DNA from: Botryllus schlosseri
Taxonomy: Eukaryota
Reading direction: 5' to 3'
Length of the DNA: 64,000 nt
Assembly: GCA_051294905.1 (NCBI GenBank)
Contig: CM119371.1
Coordinates: 40,798,001-40,862,000, forward strand
The stretch's first letter is position 1; the number at the start of each line of letters is the position of its first letter. Positions 33,461 through 44,784 of the stretch are shown one piece after another. The notes below the pieces were generated by a model. That model did no database searches and was not told the origin of the DNA. It saw only the letters and a program-made list of their open reading frames with translations. A program made the translations under genes and the position numbers.

Positions 33461-34732
33461 ATGTTGATGCACGCGGGTTCCCGAGAATGTCATAACTCCG
33501 GATTAAACATATTTAGTATACCCCACACGCAAACCAGTATTGAGGAATCGCAATATGTCGTCGTCAAACCCCATAGTTTAGGTAATGTCATGGAAGTACA
33601 ATTACCAAGGACGGATCGATATATGGATCTACAAAACACGTTCTTGAGATTACGTTTGAAGCTCACTAAACGCGATGGAACTGATTTAGCAAACGATACA
33701 CAAGTGGGTCTTGTCAATAACATGATGGATTCTCTTTTCAAACAAATCGATGTAACTATTTCAAATGAGGTTATCACAAATTCGGATAATTGTCATGCCT
33801 ACAAAGCTTATATCTCTCGGTTGTTGAATGATACTCATGGTGCCTCGGAGAGTTTTGTGCAAGGACAAGGTTTTTATAAAGATGTCGCTGGCTCTATGGA
33901 TGTTCTTGGTGCAGCGAATACTGGATATGTTAAACGAAAAGACCTTACCAAAAACAGCACCCCGCTAGAGTTGATCGGAAAAATTCGAATGGGTCTTTTT
34001 GAACAGTCTAGATGTATGTTGGATAATGTCGACATGAAATTAAAATTTACACGTAACGAAGATAATTTCTGTCTGCTCGGTGACGTGGAGGATGTACAAA
34101 TTGTTTTACTCGAAATGGAGGTGTATGTCAAACAGATGAAGATCGCTGAAAGTGTAAGCTTAGCACACAAGTCTGTATTACAGAAGAATACTGCCAAGTA
34201 CCCCTGGATACGCTTACAAATGTCGACTCATACATTCGCGGCTGGTTTATCGAAAATTGATAGAGAGTTAGTTAGCGGCACCATGCCAAAGAAGATCGTA
34301 ATTGGTTTAGTTGAGACCACGACATTTAACGGTGTTCGAGCCAAAAATCCATTCAACTTTAAACACTTTGATGTTCAAAATCTTTCGTTAAGTGTGGACG
34401 GGCGACAAATTAACGGACGCGAATTTCATTTCGATTTTGATAAACACGGCGGACTCGAAGGTTATATGACACTATTCTCTCAGACAGGTCGCTGGGAATC
34501 CGAGACACCTTTAAATATTTCACGCAAAGATTATGTTAATGGATACACTCTTTTTGTGTTTGATTTGACACCTGATAATAGTTTGGGATGTTATCAACTT
34601 CATAAGACGGGAACTGTGCATCTGGTTTTGACTACATCGAAGCCTTTACCAACCTCCGTAACCTTGTTATGTTTGAAGGAGTTTCAACATCTTCTACAAC
34701 TGAATCAAAAAAGACAAGTCGTCGAAATATGA
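33461..34732 (+). CDS. Double jelly-roll major capsid protein
   Basis: LNIFSIPHTQTSI, YMDLQNT, VNN..DSLFKQIDV, YKAYI..LLN, PKKIVIGLV, NPFNFKHFD, GYTLFVFDLTPD. Confidence 0.93.
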   Translation: MLMHAGSRECHNSGLNIFSIPHTQTSIEESQYVVVKPHSLGNVMEVQLPRTDRYMDLQNTFLRLRLKLTKRDGTDLANDTQVGLVNNMMDSLFKQIDVTISNEVITNSDNCHAYKAYISRLLNDTHGASESFVQGQGFYKDVAGSMDVLGAANTGYVKRKDLTKNSTPLELIGKIRMGLFEQSRCMLDNVDMKLKFTRNEDNFCLLGDVEDVQIVLLEMEVYVKQMKIAESVSLAHKSVLQKNTAKYPWIRLQMSTHTFAAGLSKIDRELVSGTMPKKIVIGLVETTTFNGVRAKNPFNFKHFDVQNLSLSVDGRQINGREFHFDFDKHGGLEGYMTLFSQTGRWESETPLNISRKDYVNGYTLFVFDLTPDNSLGCYQLHKTGTVHLVLTTSKPLPTSVTLLCLKEFQHLLQLNQKRQVVEI

Positions 34733-35172
34733 ATACGTCTGAGATCAATGATATTCTCTATAACCACCCTGACACACAAAGTCTATATCTAGGAACTTAT
34801 CCAGTAGATCAGCTACCGAAGAAACCAACTAGCGGAAAATTCGCTATCACCATTAATTACGATGAGTCGAGTTTGCCTGGGTCTCACTGGGTGTCTATAT
34901 ACAGAGATGACGATACTCATTTTCATGATTCGCTAGGCTTCGGACCACTAAAACCTCAGATAATCGAATTCCTGGAGCCGGATGAATTTTCAGTGACTGG
35001 GAAACAGTTACAGAGTAAAACTTCAGATGTGTGTGGAGATCATGCTATCGCATTCTTGATAAAAAGAGCTCAAGGGTTTTCAACCGAGGAATACTTGGAT
35101 AATTTTGGCGATGATAAAAAAGTGAATGATACGATTGTACGTGTTTTTGTGAAGAGTTTGATTTCAGAGTAA
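34729..35172 (+). CDS. Adenain/Ulp1-like cysteine maturation protease
   Basis: INYD...PGSHWV, FHDSLG and LQSKTSDVCG give a His-Asp-Cys triad plus Gln. ATG overlaps the MCP stop; AATAAA at the stop. Confidence 0.92.
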   Translation: MNTSEINDILYNHPDTQSLYLGTYPVDQLPKKPTSGKFAITINYDESSLPGSHWVSIYRDDDTHFHDSLGFGPLKPQIIEFLEPDEFSVTGKQLQSKTSDVCGDHAIAFLIKRAQGFSTEEYLDNFGDDKKVNDTIVRVFVKSLISE

Positions 35173-35973
35173 TAAACGAATGTGTAAATGTATATACTTG
35201 TGATTCTTGTTGCGCCTGTGAACAGCAGATTATTTTGTAGGCGCGAAACAGCGAATAAACCGAAAGTATTATTCAGCTAGCAATCAATAGCGAGGAAAGA
35301 GAACACGATCGGTCATTTGACACGATTAAACTACGACATCGTATATCATAATTTACGATCAAACTATTTCACACTGACCGGTCTAGTGTAATAATCGATA
35401 GTAGCGACTGGACGAGAAATAAGTCAGCGCGCAGGTCATTCGAAATATAGGTCGCACGCGTAATCCTCACAACAAACCACGTTTCCGTCCGCGCGGTTAT
35501 TGTTGGTGACTCGTACATATTCAACACCACGCGAGGGATGTCTATACTCGAAAGTACGAATCATCGCCGCGTCCATAAGAATAACGATATGTCATTGTCG
35601 CACTCACCGTAATTTGGAATATACACATTAACTAAAGACCAATCACATGACTATTTACTTGATACATATTCAACACCGTGCCGCCGCGCCTATACCCACA
35701 ACGTTAGTCAAATCATCTCTCCTGAAAGGTCACCATGTCACCGCGCCTATACCTGAAAAGGTAACCATGTCACCACGAGTTTTCGCGGCACCGTGCCGCC
35801 GCAGCCTATACCCGAAAAAGTAACCGTGCCACCCCCGCCATAAGACACAATGGCACCGTGCCACCCCCGCCATAAGATATAAGGGTCACCGTGCCACCCC
35901 CGGTTTTCTCGGCACCGTGCCACCCCGCCCATAAGAACCCTATAGCCGCATGCGAGCGATCGACTATACTACT
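34859..35973 (-). repeat. Right TIR of element C (1115 bp)
   Basis: Mirror of 20160-21274. Confidence 0.95.
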
Positions 35974-38900
35974 CACGTCGGCGTCAAATTCGTCTCATCA
36001 CCCAAAAGAGGTGGCGTTAGCCAATATCTCAAAGGTATATTCATCGATGGCAATAACGAAGAGATATCTTTCACGTGTTTCAATCGTGATTTGTTCGGGA
36101 ACATTGAGAAAGCATTCACCAAACGAAAAAAACTCATGGTCAAATCCGGTTGGGTTCAAATTGATAAATTTACTGGAAAACCCGCTGTATTACTGGGACG
36201 GGCTTCGTCAGTAACTCTACATGGAAAATCGAGACATACGACTGAAGAATACCCATTATTGACCTGTGAATCGGTATACGGAAATAAAGATGAATACGTC
36301 TCGATCGCCGCTACTTGTGTTTCTCGAGAGGAGAAGATGGTCAATTCTGGTGCCGGAAAGGAGTTGAAATTACACAGTTTTACATTGAAGGATGATACTG
36401 GTGAGGTGGTTTTGGATCAATGGAACAAAGCCTCGCTCGTACCCGGGAAGAAATATCAACTCACTCGTGTTAAAAACTGTGTCGGCAGATTGAAAATCGA
36501 TCAGTTAACTAGACTTGTCGAATTGAAAGAATAGTTTGCATATTTGTATATCGCAATACAATATTTCATTTCACGTAAATGTATGACCTATGTGATTCGA
36601 CAACTGGGTTAGCGCGGTGTTGTTCTACTGATCGAGGTGTGAAAATTGTGCTATCGCGATGAATCTGTGACTATGAACAGCAGACTATTTTGTAGGCGCG
36701 AAACAGTGAATAAACCGAAAATATTATTCAGGTAGCAATCAATAGCGAGGAAAGAGAGAACACGATCGGTCATTTGATACGACTAAACTACGACATCATA
36801 TATCATAATTTACGATCAAACTATTTCGCACTGAATGGAATAGTGTAATAATCGATAGTAGCGGCTGGACGAGAAATAATTCAGCGCACAGGTCATTCGA
36901 AATATAGGTCGCACGCACTGCTTAATCCTCACGACAAACCACGTTTCCGTTTGCGCGGTTATTGTTGGTGACTCGTACATATTCAACACCGCGCGAGAGA
37001 TGCCCGAAAGGGCGAATCACCAACACGAGTTTTCGAGGCACCGTGTGAGAGATGCCTATACCGAAAAGGGTTACCGTGTGAGAGGTTCCATAAGACACAA
37101 CGGCACCGTGCGAGAGATGCCTATACTTGAAAGTACGACTCACCAACACGAGTTTTCGAGGCACCGTGTGAGAGATGCCTATACCGAAAAGGGTTACCGT
37201 GTGAGAGGCTCCATAAGACACAATGGCACCGTGCGAGAGATAGGGGGGGTCAAAAGGGTCACCGTGCCAACACGAGTTTCGAGGCACCGTGCGAGCGGGC
37301 CCATAAGAACCCCTGCCAGGTCACGACCGATCTACATAACTACTCTCGCGTGGTGTTGAATATGTACGAGTCACCAACAATAACCGCGCAAACGGAAACG
37401 CTGTTTGTTGTGAGGATTACGCAGTGCGTGCGACCTATCCGAGACATTATCTTGTCAGCGATCGCGGGGTTTTGCAAACTATTTCACACATTTTTGAAGT
37501 GTTAGTTTGTGAATGCGGTTATTGCTGATATTCGAATCGACGTCTACGCCGGCTCTGTGGTAAACTAATTACCAAAATATTACCTTGGAAGTGACTCCTA
37601 GATTTAGCAAACTATTTCGCACTGAATGGAATAGTGTAATAATCGATAGTAGCACGCGGTTGGCCGTGAAACAATTCAGCGCGCAGGTCATTCGAAATAT
37701 AGGTCGCACGCACTGCGTAATCCTCACAACAAACAGCGTTTCCGTTTGCGCGGTTATTGTTGGTGACTCGTACATATTCAACACCACGCGAGAGATGTCT
37801 GAAAGTGCGAATCACGACCGCGCCCGTAAGAACACATGGCGAATCACCACAGATCCCGTAAGAATACACGACAGGCGAATCACCGCCACCGCCTATAGCA
37901 AAAACGGCGAGTCACGACCACGAGTTTTCACGGCGAATCACAACCGCGGCCTATACCCGAAAAGGCGAATCACGACCGCACCCATAAGAACACATGGCAA
38001 ATCGCGACCGAGAGGGGGGGTCTAAAAGCGCGATATGGCAACACGAGTTTCCATGCGAATCGCCGCCGCACCCTTAAGAGCCCCTGCCAGGTCACGACCG
38101 ATCTATATAACTACTGACGTCATAATGTACACTGAAATGCGCGTTAAAAATATCAAGTCAATGGGAAGGCTAATGCTGTTTTTGTGTTATCCATGGTCAC
38201 ATATAGGAAAGGGAATGAGGATAATAATAATCATCTCATACAACTGTCAATCGTAAATATAATATTGATATTTCGTTTTGATGGATACCATTGCAGAAAT
38301 TCTATTTCACAGCAATAAGTTGAATGAAATTCAATCAAAAGTTCAATGCCATTATGACGAAGATTTGTAATTCATTTTGAAGGCGAACCCAAGAGGTTCC
38401 AATATCGTTTCTTCGTTTCCTGGAAGGCCTTCTGATGATGTAAGACCCAATTGGGTGGCCAGACTATAACACTGCACGTTTCAATACTAAAAAACTGTAT
38501 TTTTACGATATTGTTACTGTCTTATAGGTGTTAAGATGAACTTGGACGCCCCTTGTTGTCTTCCAATGGGTAAGAATATATGATCCGCACTACAGCAAAA
38601 TAAATTGGACTTCTAGCACTATACTAAACTACATTTGACCCTTTTATTCATAATCACTATTGGTTCTGGTTACTATGATATCACAGCAGGCATGGTGTGT
38701 TAAGTGAAACAAAAGATATGTAGCCTTCAAGTTCGCAAAAATATATGTTTGCCTGCATTCATATTCACGTTTGAAAATATTTCATTGCGGCGTTATAATA
38801 ATTCATAGGAAAGGTCAATTCCAATTACCCCGAAAATTGGTAAATTACCCATTTTAGGGTAGTTAACCCCAGGTTAACAGCCACTGCTAACTAGTTTTAA

Positions 38901-39257
38901 TTAGGATGAGTCGACTATAGATATCCTACATGGAGACTGTGGTCTCGTCGTTTTCAACTTGATAGCGTTTATTTAAAAGGTTCCCCATCTCCTGTTGTTC
39001 AACCTCTTCAAACTCTAGTGATCATGCACATGTACATTGTACAATACCTGCCCAATTGCAGAACGCTAGCGTATGGAGTTGTAAGTAAAAATATTTTATA
39101 AGCATTACGACATGGACGTGCATTTCGCGTATATTTCACAAAATACTGCTCGTATAACCTCTCTTAAACGATAATACCCACAAGGTTATTACATGAAGGA
39201 AATCCGATAACCAACCGGCCGTGACTCATCTTCTCGTTGACAATGCGCCTTCACTAT

Positions 39258-39809
39258 TAGAGGTCGACCGATATTGATTTTTACAGCCGATACCGATACC
39301 GATATATCGACACACTCACAAGGCCGATAACCGATATCATAGGCCGATATTAATATCGAAGGAGCAGAGAACAATTTCACCAAAAATATCATATATTAGG
39401 CAAGATGGCACTTGTTCATGCCACAGAACGCTGAACAAGAAACGAGAAAACTGATATTGAAAAGAATTATTGCTTAATTGTGCACATTCGTTGAAATTTG
39501 GGATAACCCAAAAAGCAAAACATGATACAGAATTGCAGATCAGTCCAGAAAAAGTAGATAGTAATGCAGGAAGCATAGTTTCTCTGCATGCTTATCCAGT
39601 TGAACTCGTCCTGCACGGGTAAATCTGTCATATATCGCCCTTTGAGTCGTCGATTTCTTGAGATTGAGAACACGGAGCATTGAATTTCCAATATTTTTGA
39701 AATTTTTGTAAATATAAAATATCGGCCTTCATAGGCCGATATCGATAATCGGGAAAGCTCTAAATATCGGCCTCGATAATCGGCCATGTCGATAATCGGT
39801 CGACCACTA
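39258..39809. mobile_element. 552-bp hAT-like MITE with CCGATA subterminal repeats
   Basis: TAGAGGTCGACCGAT...ATCGGTCGACCACTA; 8-bp TSD TTCACTAT; empty site at ~55936. Confidence 0.88.
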
Positions 39810-39901
39810 TTCACTATACTGTAGCTACCGTGTTTGCTGATTAGTACTGTCACCCTCAAAGCGACTAACTTACCGTACGCTCCTCAAATGCGACATAATA
39901 T

Positions 39902-42900
39902 CAGTAGGGGTCTCAGCTTTTCCGTGGCCACTTACTGGCCACAGATTTTTTTGTGGCCGGCCACGAATATCTCGTGGCCGGCCATGAAAATGCGTTGTCT
40001 CGTGGCCGGCCACAGTGAATTTCATGGCCGGCCATACGAATTCATCGTGGCCGGCCACGGGTTCATGGCCAGTTCGTGATTTTGGCACATCTAGTTGGAT
40101 CAAAATCCGCCATTTGCATCCAATTTGCCAATACTCAAGTAGATCTTCTTCAGTTGCAATACGAACTTGCTGGCGGTAAGGTTTGTATAGACGACTTTCA
40201 CTATTATCGCACGTACTTAAGTCACATTACCACTTTATTGTGTAGTTAAGGGATGGGTTCAAAATCTGCACGGCTTTACACGTGTTTACCTTCTGTGTTC
40301 GCTGTAGAAATGAATTTAATTCCCACTGACTATTGAAAAAGTACTCTGGGGCGATGCGTTGTAAACTAACACCGAAACATATGTTCCTTGAACTTCCTAG
40401 AATCTATATAAATATTTGATAGAGGAATGTATGCGCGTACATCTTATTGTTCGGTCAGACAGACGTCTTTATATTAAAACTGGTGTCCACACAGCTTCCA
40501 CGCCAGGCGATCAACACAATGGGATTGCGTGGAAAGATAAAACCGTGGTGCGGACTCGATAGCCTTGCAGTTTCTTCGCATCTCCATCGCCCAAGCCCAT
40601 TAGTGATGCAAACGTAGATAATCTGACTCCCTGCCCCTCCTTCCTTTTTTACATAAAGAAACCGTCATATTTTGCTACAAAAAGTTTGTTTATTCCGTTA
40701 CCAATTTCACAAAATCTGAAACAATTGAAGATATGATTACAATCAGTCACAATTCATATACAAGTAGTTGAATGCAATGTGTCCAATACATGCTTTTCAC
40801 AGAAAACACCTAGGGGCACGAGAGATCAGATTCACTTTACATGGCGATAAGTATTTGCACTGCATTCAAATGTCGAATTATAATGAATAATTGGGACTTG
40901 TCTGTGTCATCAAGATTGTTCGCTGAACATTGATTGGGGAAACATTCCATTGTTCCCTGCATCAATAACAAATATATCATGCCTATTGGTCAATTCGCAG
41001 GCTTGGCAGGGGCATTTTTTCATCGATCGATAGCGCTGCATTTGATGTCGCATCGATCGATGGTGCTGCATTAGATGACGCAAAGTATCTGGAGTTATCT
41101 ATTATTATAACAGTAATTTAATTATATAGCAGGCACATTTATGTCCTTATGCTCACCACATCGGTTAGCAGCTTGATCTAACAACGACATGCGATACAAA
41201 ACGATCCTTGCACCCAAGTAATCAAGTATCCTCTGGCATACACGGCATCGTTAGTGACTGCAACATGCATCTCATTCGTATATTATTTGTTTCAACCTGG
41301 AAGAATGGCACCTAGGTGGATATATACATACAAATTATATGGGATCGGAAACGTGACCAAAATCAAATTTCTGGGAACGAAGCCCCACATTTTACCAATA
41401 TTACCGGTAGGTTAGGCTACATCGTTGCCTTTATTCTACATCTACAGCACATCTGCAGTGTGTCAAGTTCAAGTGCTGCTACAGCATAGAAATATTCATA
41501 GACTCATTGACACAATTCTCATCGTGCAACAATATGAGTGCAAGCTCCTTTGATGTTGAGGATCTCGAACGTCGTATGTATTGTATAGCAGTACGATATT
41601 CAAATATGTATAAAACCGGATATCGCGGACTCATCATAGACCTAATACAGAAAAGAAGGATTGTATCAGCGTGGCATTATCCAATTCACAGCTTTTCAGC
41701 TATGCTATACGAAAGATAACAAACTATGGAATTGTTTGCAACTACAAGTCCTATACCGTTAGAAGACATATCAGAACGGGGGAAGCTGCTCTGTGGCCGG
41801 CCACAGAATGTTAGGTGGATTTCACAGCTTTTCTGGAACTTGAAATAGCATTTTCCACATATCCTTGGTTCTTTGATTCTCTAATTGTTTCGTTCGGGTA
41901 CTTTGATTACGGTATTTAGTATTGAAAACAGGTAAAATGACCGCATATTGACCGATCCAGTATCTCGATGAAACATAGATTATGTATTCAAGGAGGTATA
42001 TAGTCGAGTCTACTTGAGCGTAAATCGAAAAAATCTGCAATGAATTAAGACAAACTTCCAGTACAGTATTGTATTATTCATACATTCATCAGGGCGATCC
42101 AGCCAAGAATATAAACTGCCCCTACATCCAGCACCGTAACTGCCGCACCCCAAACCCCCCAATTGGGGGGGGGGGCGAGCTCGAAGGGGGCCCAAAATTA
42201 TTTCGTGGATTAGCATAAATTATAGAGTATTTTTTGAAAATTTATGCAACTTTTTCAAAATTTTTTCGCGTTTCGCGTATTTCAAGTTGCCACATATCTT
42301 GATTTTGGAGTACTCCTGCCCCCCCCCCCAAAAAAAATAAGCAAAAAAAAACGATTATTGAAATGGGTGTATTTGCGTTGGTCATTATCGCGCCACGATA
42401 TACCAAGACATATAAAGTTTCAGGCCATGTGACATGCGACTCCAAGAAATGTGCTAGTACGATCGGCAGTGAGAAAACCTTGGCCGAAAAGGACCGTCCT
42501 TATGCTGACCGAAAACTTCGTTATATATACAAAATACATGTAGGTTTAATTGTCCAAAAGCGCCTAAATGACTGACGCCGAATGTTCCTGTCTTGGCAAT
42601 CTGAACCACACAAGACAAATACCATCCCGCAGGGGAAAATTATATACCAGTGAAGAAATACCAATTTGAAATCGTGTGTGTCTTTTAGTTTAGTAGCCAA
42701 CGTTTGGGCGATTCTATATTTTTTGATATAGCAGACAGGAAGTCACGAAATAACATTATGTTACGGAGTCATACCAACGGGCCCTACAGTTTCCAAGACT
42801 CCTCACTCAGCTCTGCCGGTAAATCTGATTACGTGAGCAGAGAGGACAAGAAATTGATAGCAATATATATGCAATTCCCGATCTTATTGACCGATTGTAT

Positions 42901-44466
42901 CATGAATTATCGAAAATTTTCGCGCTTGGCGCTGGCTCACTAAACAGTACGACTAATTTCGTGGCAAAGCGAACGTCTTCGGGGGTCGGTTTATCACCCT
43001 ATGGGAGACCAAGACCCAAGCTAAATTAGGGGTCTGACGAAGTGCTGTTTCGTTCCTGACAATGGGTATACGCCCGAAGATGTTTAATTATTATTGAGGG
43101 GTCCTACCTATTCAAACACGCCTCACTCAGCTAGCTACCTGTAAATCTGATTAGGTGAGCAGAGAGAGGGTAAAAATTGATAGCAATACGTATGCAATTC
43201 CCGATCATATTTACCGATTCAATCACGAATTACAGAATTTTTCGCGCTTCGCGCGTTTAGGCGAGAAAAGCGTACCCAGTCAACGGAGCCCCATGAAAGA
43301 TGATAAGTAGCGGATAACGGCGTACAGGATACAGCGTGAGGGGGGTCTGGGGGGTGAAGCCCCCCAGAAGTTCGATTTATCATCATATGGGGGGCCCAAG
43401 ACCAAAGTTTTTTGGGGGGCCTGGCGAAGTGCTATTACGGCCCTGCCTACATCCTTAAACTACATGATCAAATATATGTGTATTACTTCGCATCGCAGAC
43501 TCATCATAAACGATAAACATGGTTGAAAAACGAAGGACATTATCAGCATCATATTGTTTAATCGTAGGTTTGCATATTTACAAAATAAAACTAACTATAC
43601 AATCGATTGCAACAATTGCACAATGCTCATTGCACATCTTACGGTTGAAAATCAATATCAGAACGGGGGAAGCACCGGCCACAGCGAGCTCTGATCAGTT
43701 CTGTGGCCGGCCACAGAATGACGTGTGAATCTCACAGCTTTTGGGGAACTTATAGAGATTTTCTGACCGATATCTGGTATACCTTGTTTTTTCCAATTCT
43801 ATGCAGTTGCATACAATTAGCTGTGACGAGTGTCAGCCGAATATTTTGATACATTTCTATAAAAAAAAAAGATACAAATCAACACTTACCATCAGTTACC
43901 AGTTTTGATAATGTCTTCATCGCTTCTACCTTTCTATACCATTATTTCCTGTTTCATTTAGCCGATATCCCCCTTTCTAATGCATTCTTTACATCATTTT
44001 GTGTGTTTTAATTGATATATAGAGACTATTCCAGATCGTTTCATCTTCTTCCGCTATTCTTCTGGTATGTCGGGTGAAAATGCATATAAACTGAGCTAAA
44101 TTCTCGCTCTCACCAAGTTCTATTTACTGTACGCCCATAAAAGAACATAATTGATCATACATTTGACCACGATTGGGTCACGTACAATACCAGTATCAAT
44201 ACTAACTTGATAAATTGCAGCCGGCCATGAAATTTGGCTATGGCCGGCCATGAAATATAGTCATGGCCGGCCATGAGAATGAGTTTGACATGGCCGGCCA
44301 TGGAAATTTCATGGCCGGCAATACTGAAATTTCATGGCCGGCCATGAAAATCACCATGGCCGGCCACAGAATAGCACTTTTCATGGCCGGCCACGGAATA
44401 TCTGTGGCCGGCCACGAAATTATCCGTGGCCAGTAAGTGGCCACGGGAATGCTGAAAGTCCGTCTC
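39902..44466. mobile_element. 4.6-kb non-autonomous hAT-like element with TGGCCGGCCA subterminal arrays
   Basis: 8-bp TSD CATAATAT (39894-39901, 44467-44474); inverted CCGTGGCCACTTACTGGCCAC near both ends; empty site at ~56020. Confidence 0.82.
42129..43445. mobile_element. 1.3-kb hAT-like MITE nested in 39902-44466
   Basis: CAGCACCGTAAC...ATTACGGCCCTG; 8-bp TSD CCTACATC. Confidence 0.75.
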
Positions 44467-44784
44467 CATAATATTAGGTTATGAACCCAATCAACAGTAT
44501 CTCAATATGATGGTTGAGTCCCTCATCGGCGGACTTTTATATCGGTAGCTCACCAACTGGTATTTAATGTCTAGTAAACATTCCCTACTATAATGTGGAT
44601 ACGAGAACGACCAAGTATCGGTAATTATTCGATATATTTTCTCATACTGCTAGATTTGAATTTCCTGACGACCGTGGTGCCCATGGCCATAAACGGCGAA
44701 AAGCGCCACTCATATTTGTAATAATAACAGTAATAATAATGTTATGACATGATCCAAAAGATCACGTTATTAGGCACTGTGCAT

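Larger units (their letters stand above)
20160..35973 (+). mobile_element. Element C: 15.8-kb Polinton/Maverick (endogenous polintovirus/adintovirus-like)
   Basis: AGTAGT...ACTACT termini, TSD CACGTC (20154-20159, 35974-35979), 1115-bp TIRs, and pPolB, ATPase, integrase, mCP, MCP and protease genes. Confidence 0.97.
20079..36534 (+). pseudogene. Right-arm copy of the OB-fold gene, split by element C (20079-20159 + 35980-36534)
   Basis: MTPTL...SNFHV stops at the TSD CACGTC and resumes as GVKFVSS...LKE after 35979. Confidence 0.9.
7261..37344. mobile_element. Element B: giant palindromic non-autonomous Polinton derivative (~14.3 kb without C)
   Basis: AGTAGTTATGTAGATCGG...CCGATCTACATAACTACT. 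TSD CTCGCG at 7255-7260 and 37345-37350. The uninterrupted target is visible in A's right TIR (~37780-37800). Confidence 0.93.
14823..37344 (-). repeat. Right arm of the element B palindrome (interrupted by element C)
   Basis: Mirror of 7261-14483; unique spacer at 14484-14822. Confidence 0.95.
6931..38115. mobile_element. Element A: ~1.1-kb non-autonomous mini-Polinton (6931-7260 + 37351-38115), host of the nest
   Basis: AGTAGTTATATAGATCGG...CCGATCTATATAACTACT. TSD GACGTC at 6925-6930 and 38116-38121. ~418-bp TIRs. Empty sites with a single GACGTC at 54852 and 61435. Confidence 0.93.
6802..38886. mobile_element. Possible old ~0.9-kb hAT-like MITE split by the Polinton nest
   Basis: CAGTGGTTCCTAACC at 6802 and GGTTAACAGCCACTG ending at 38886, both flanked by CTAACT. 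Degenerate; only 6 bp of duplication is visible. Confidence 0.45.
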
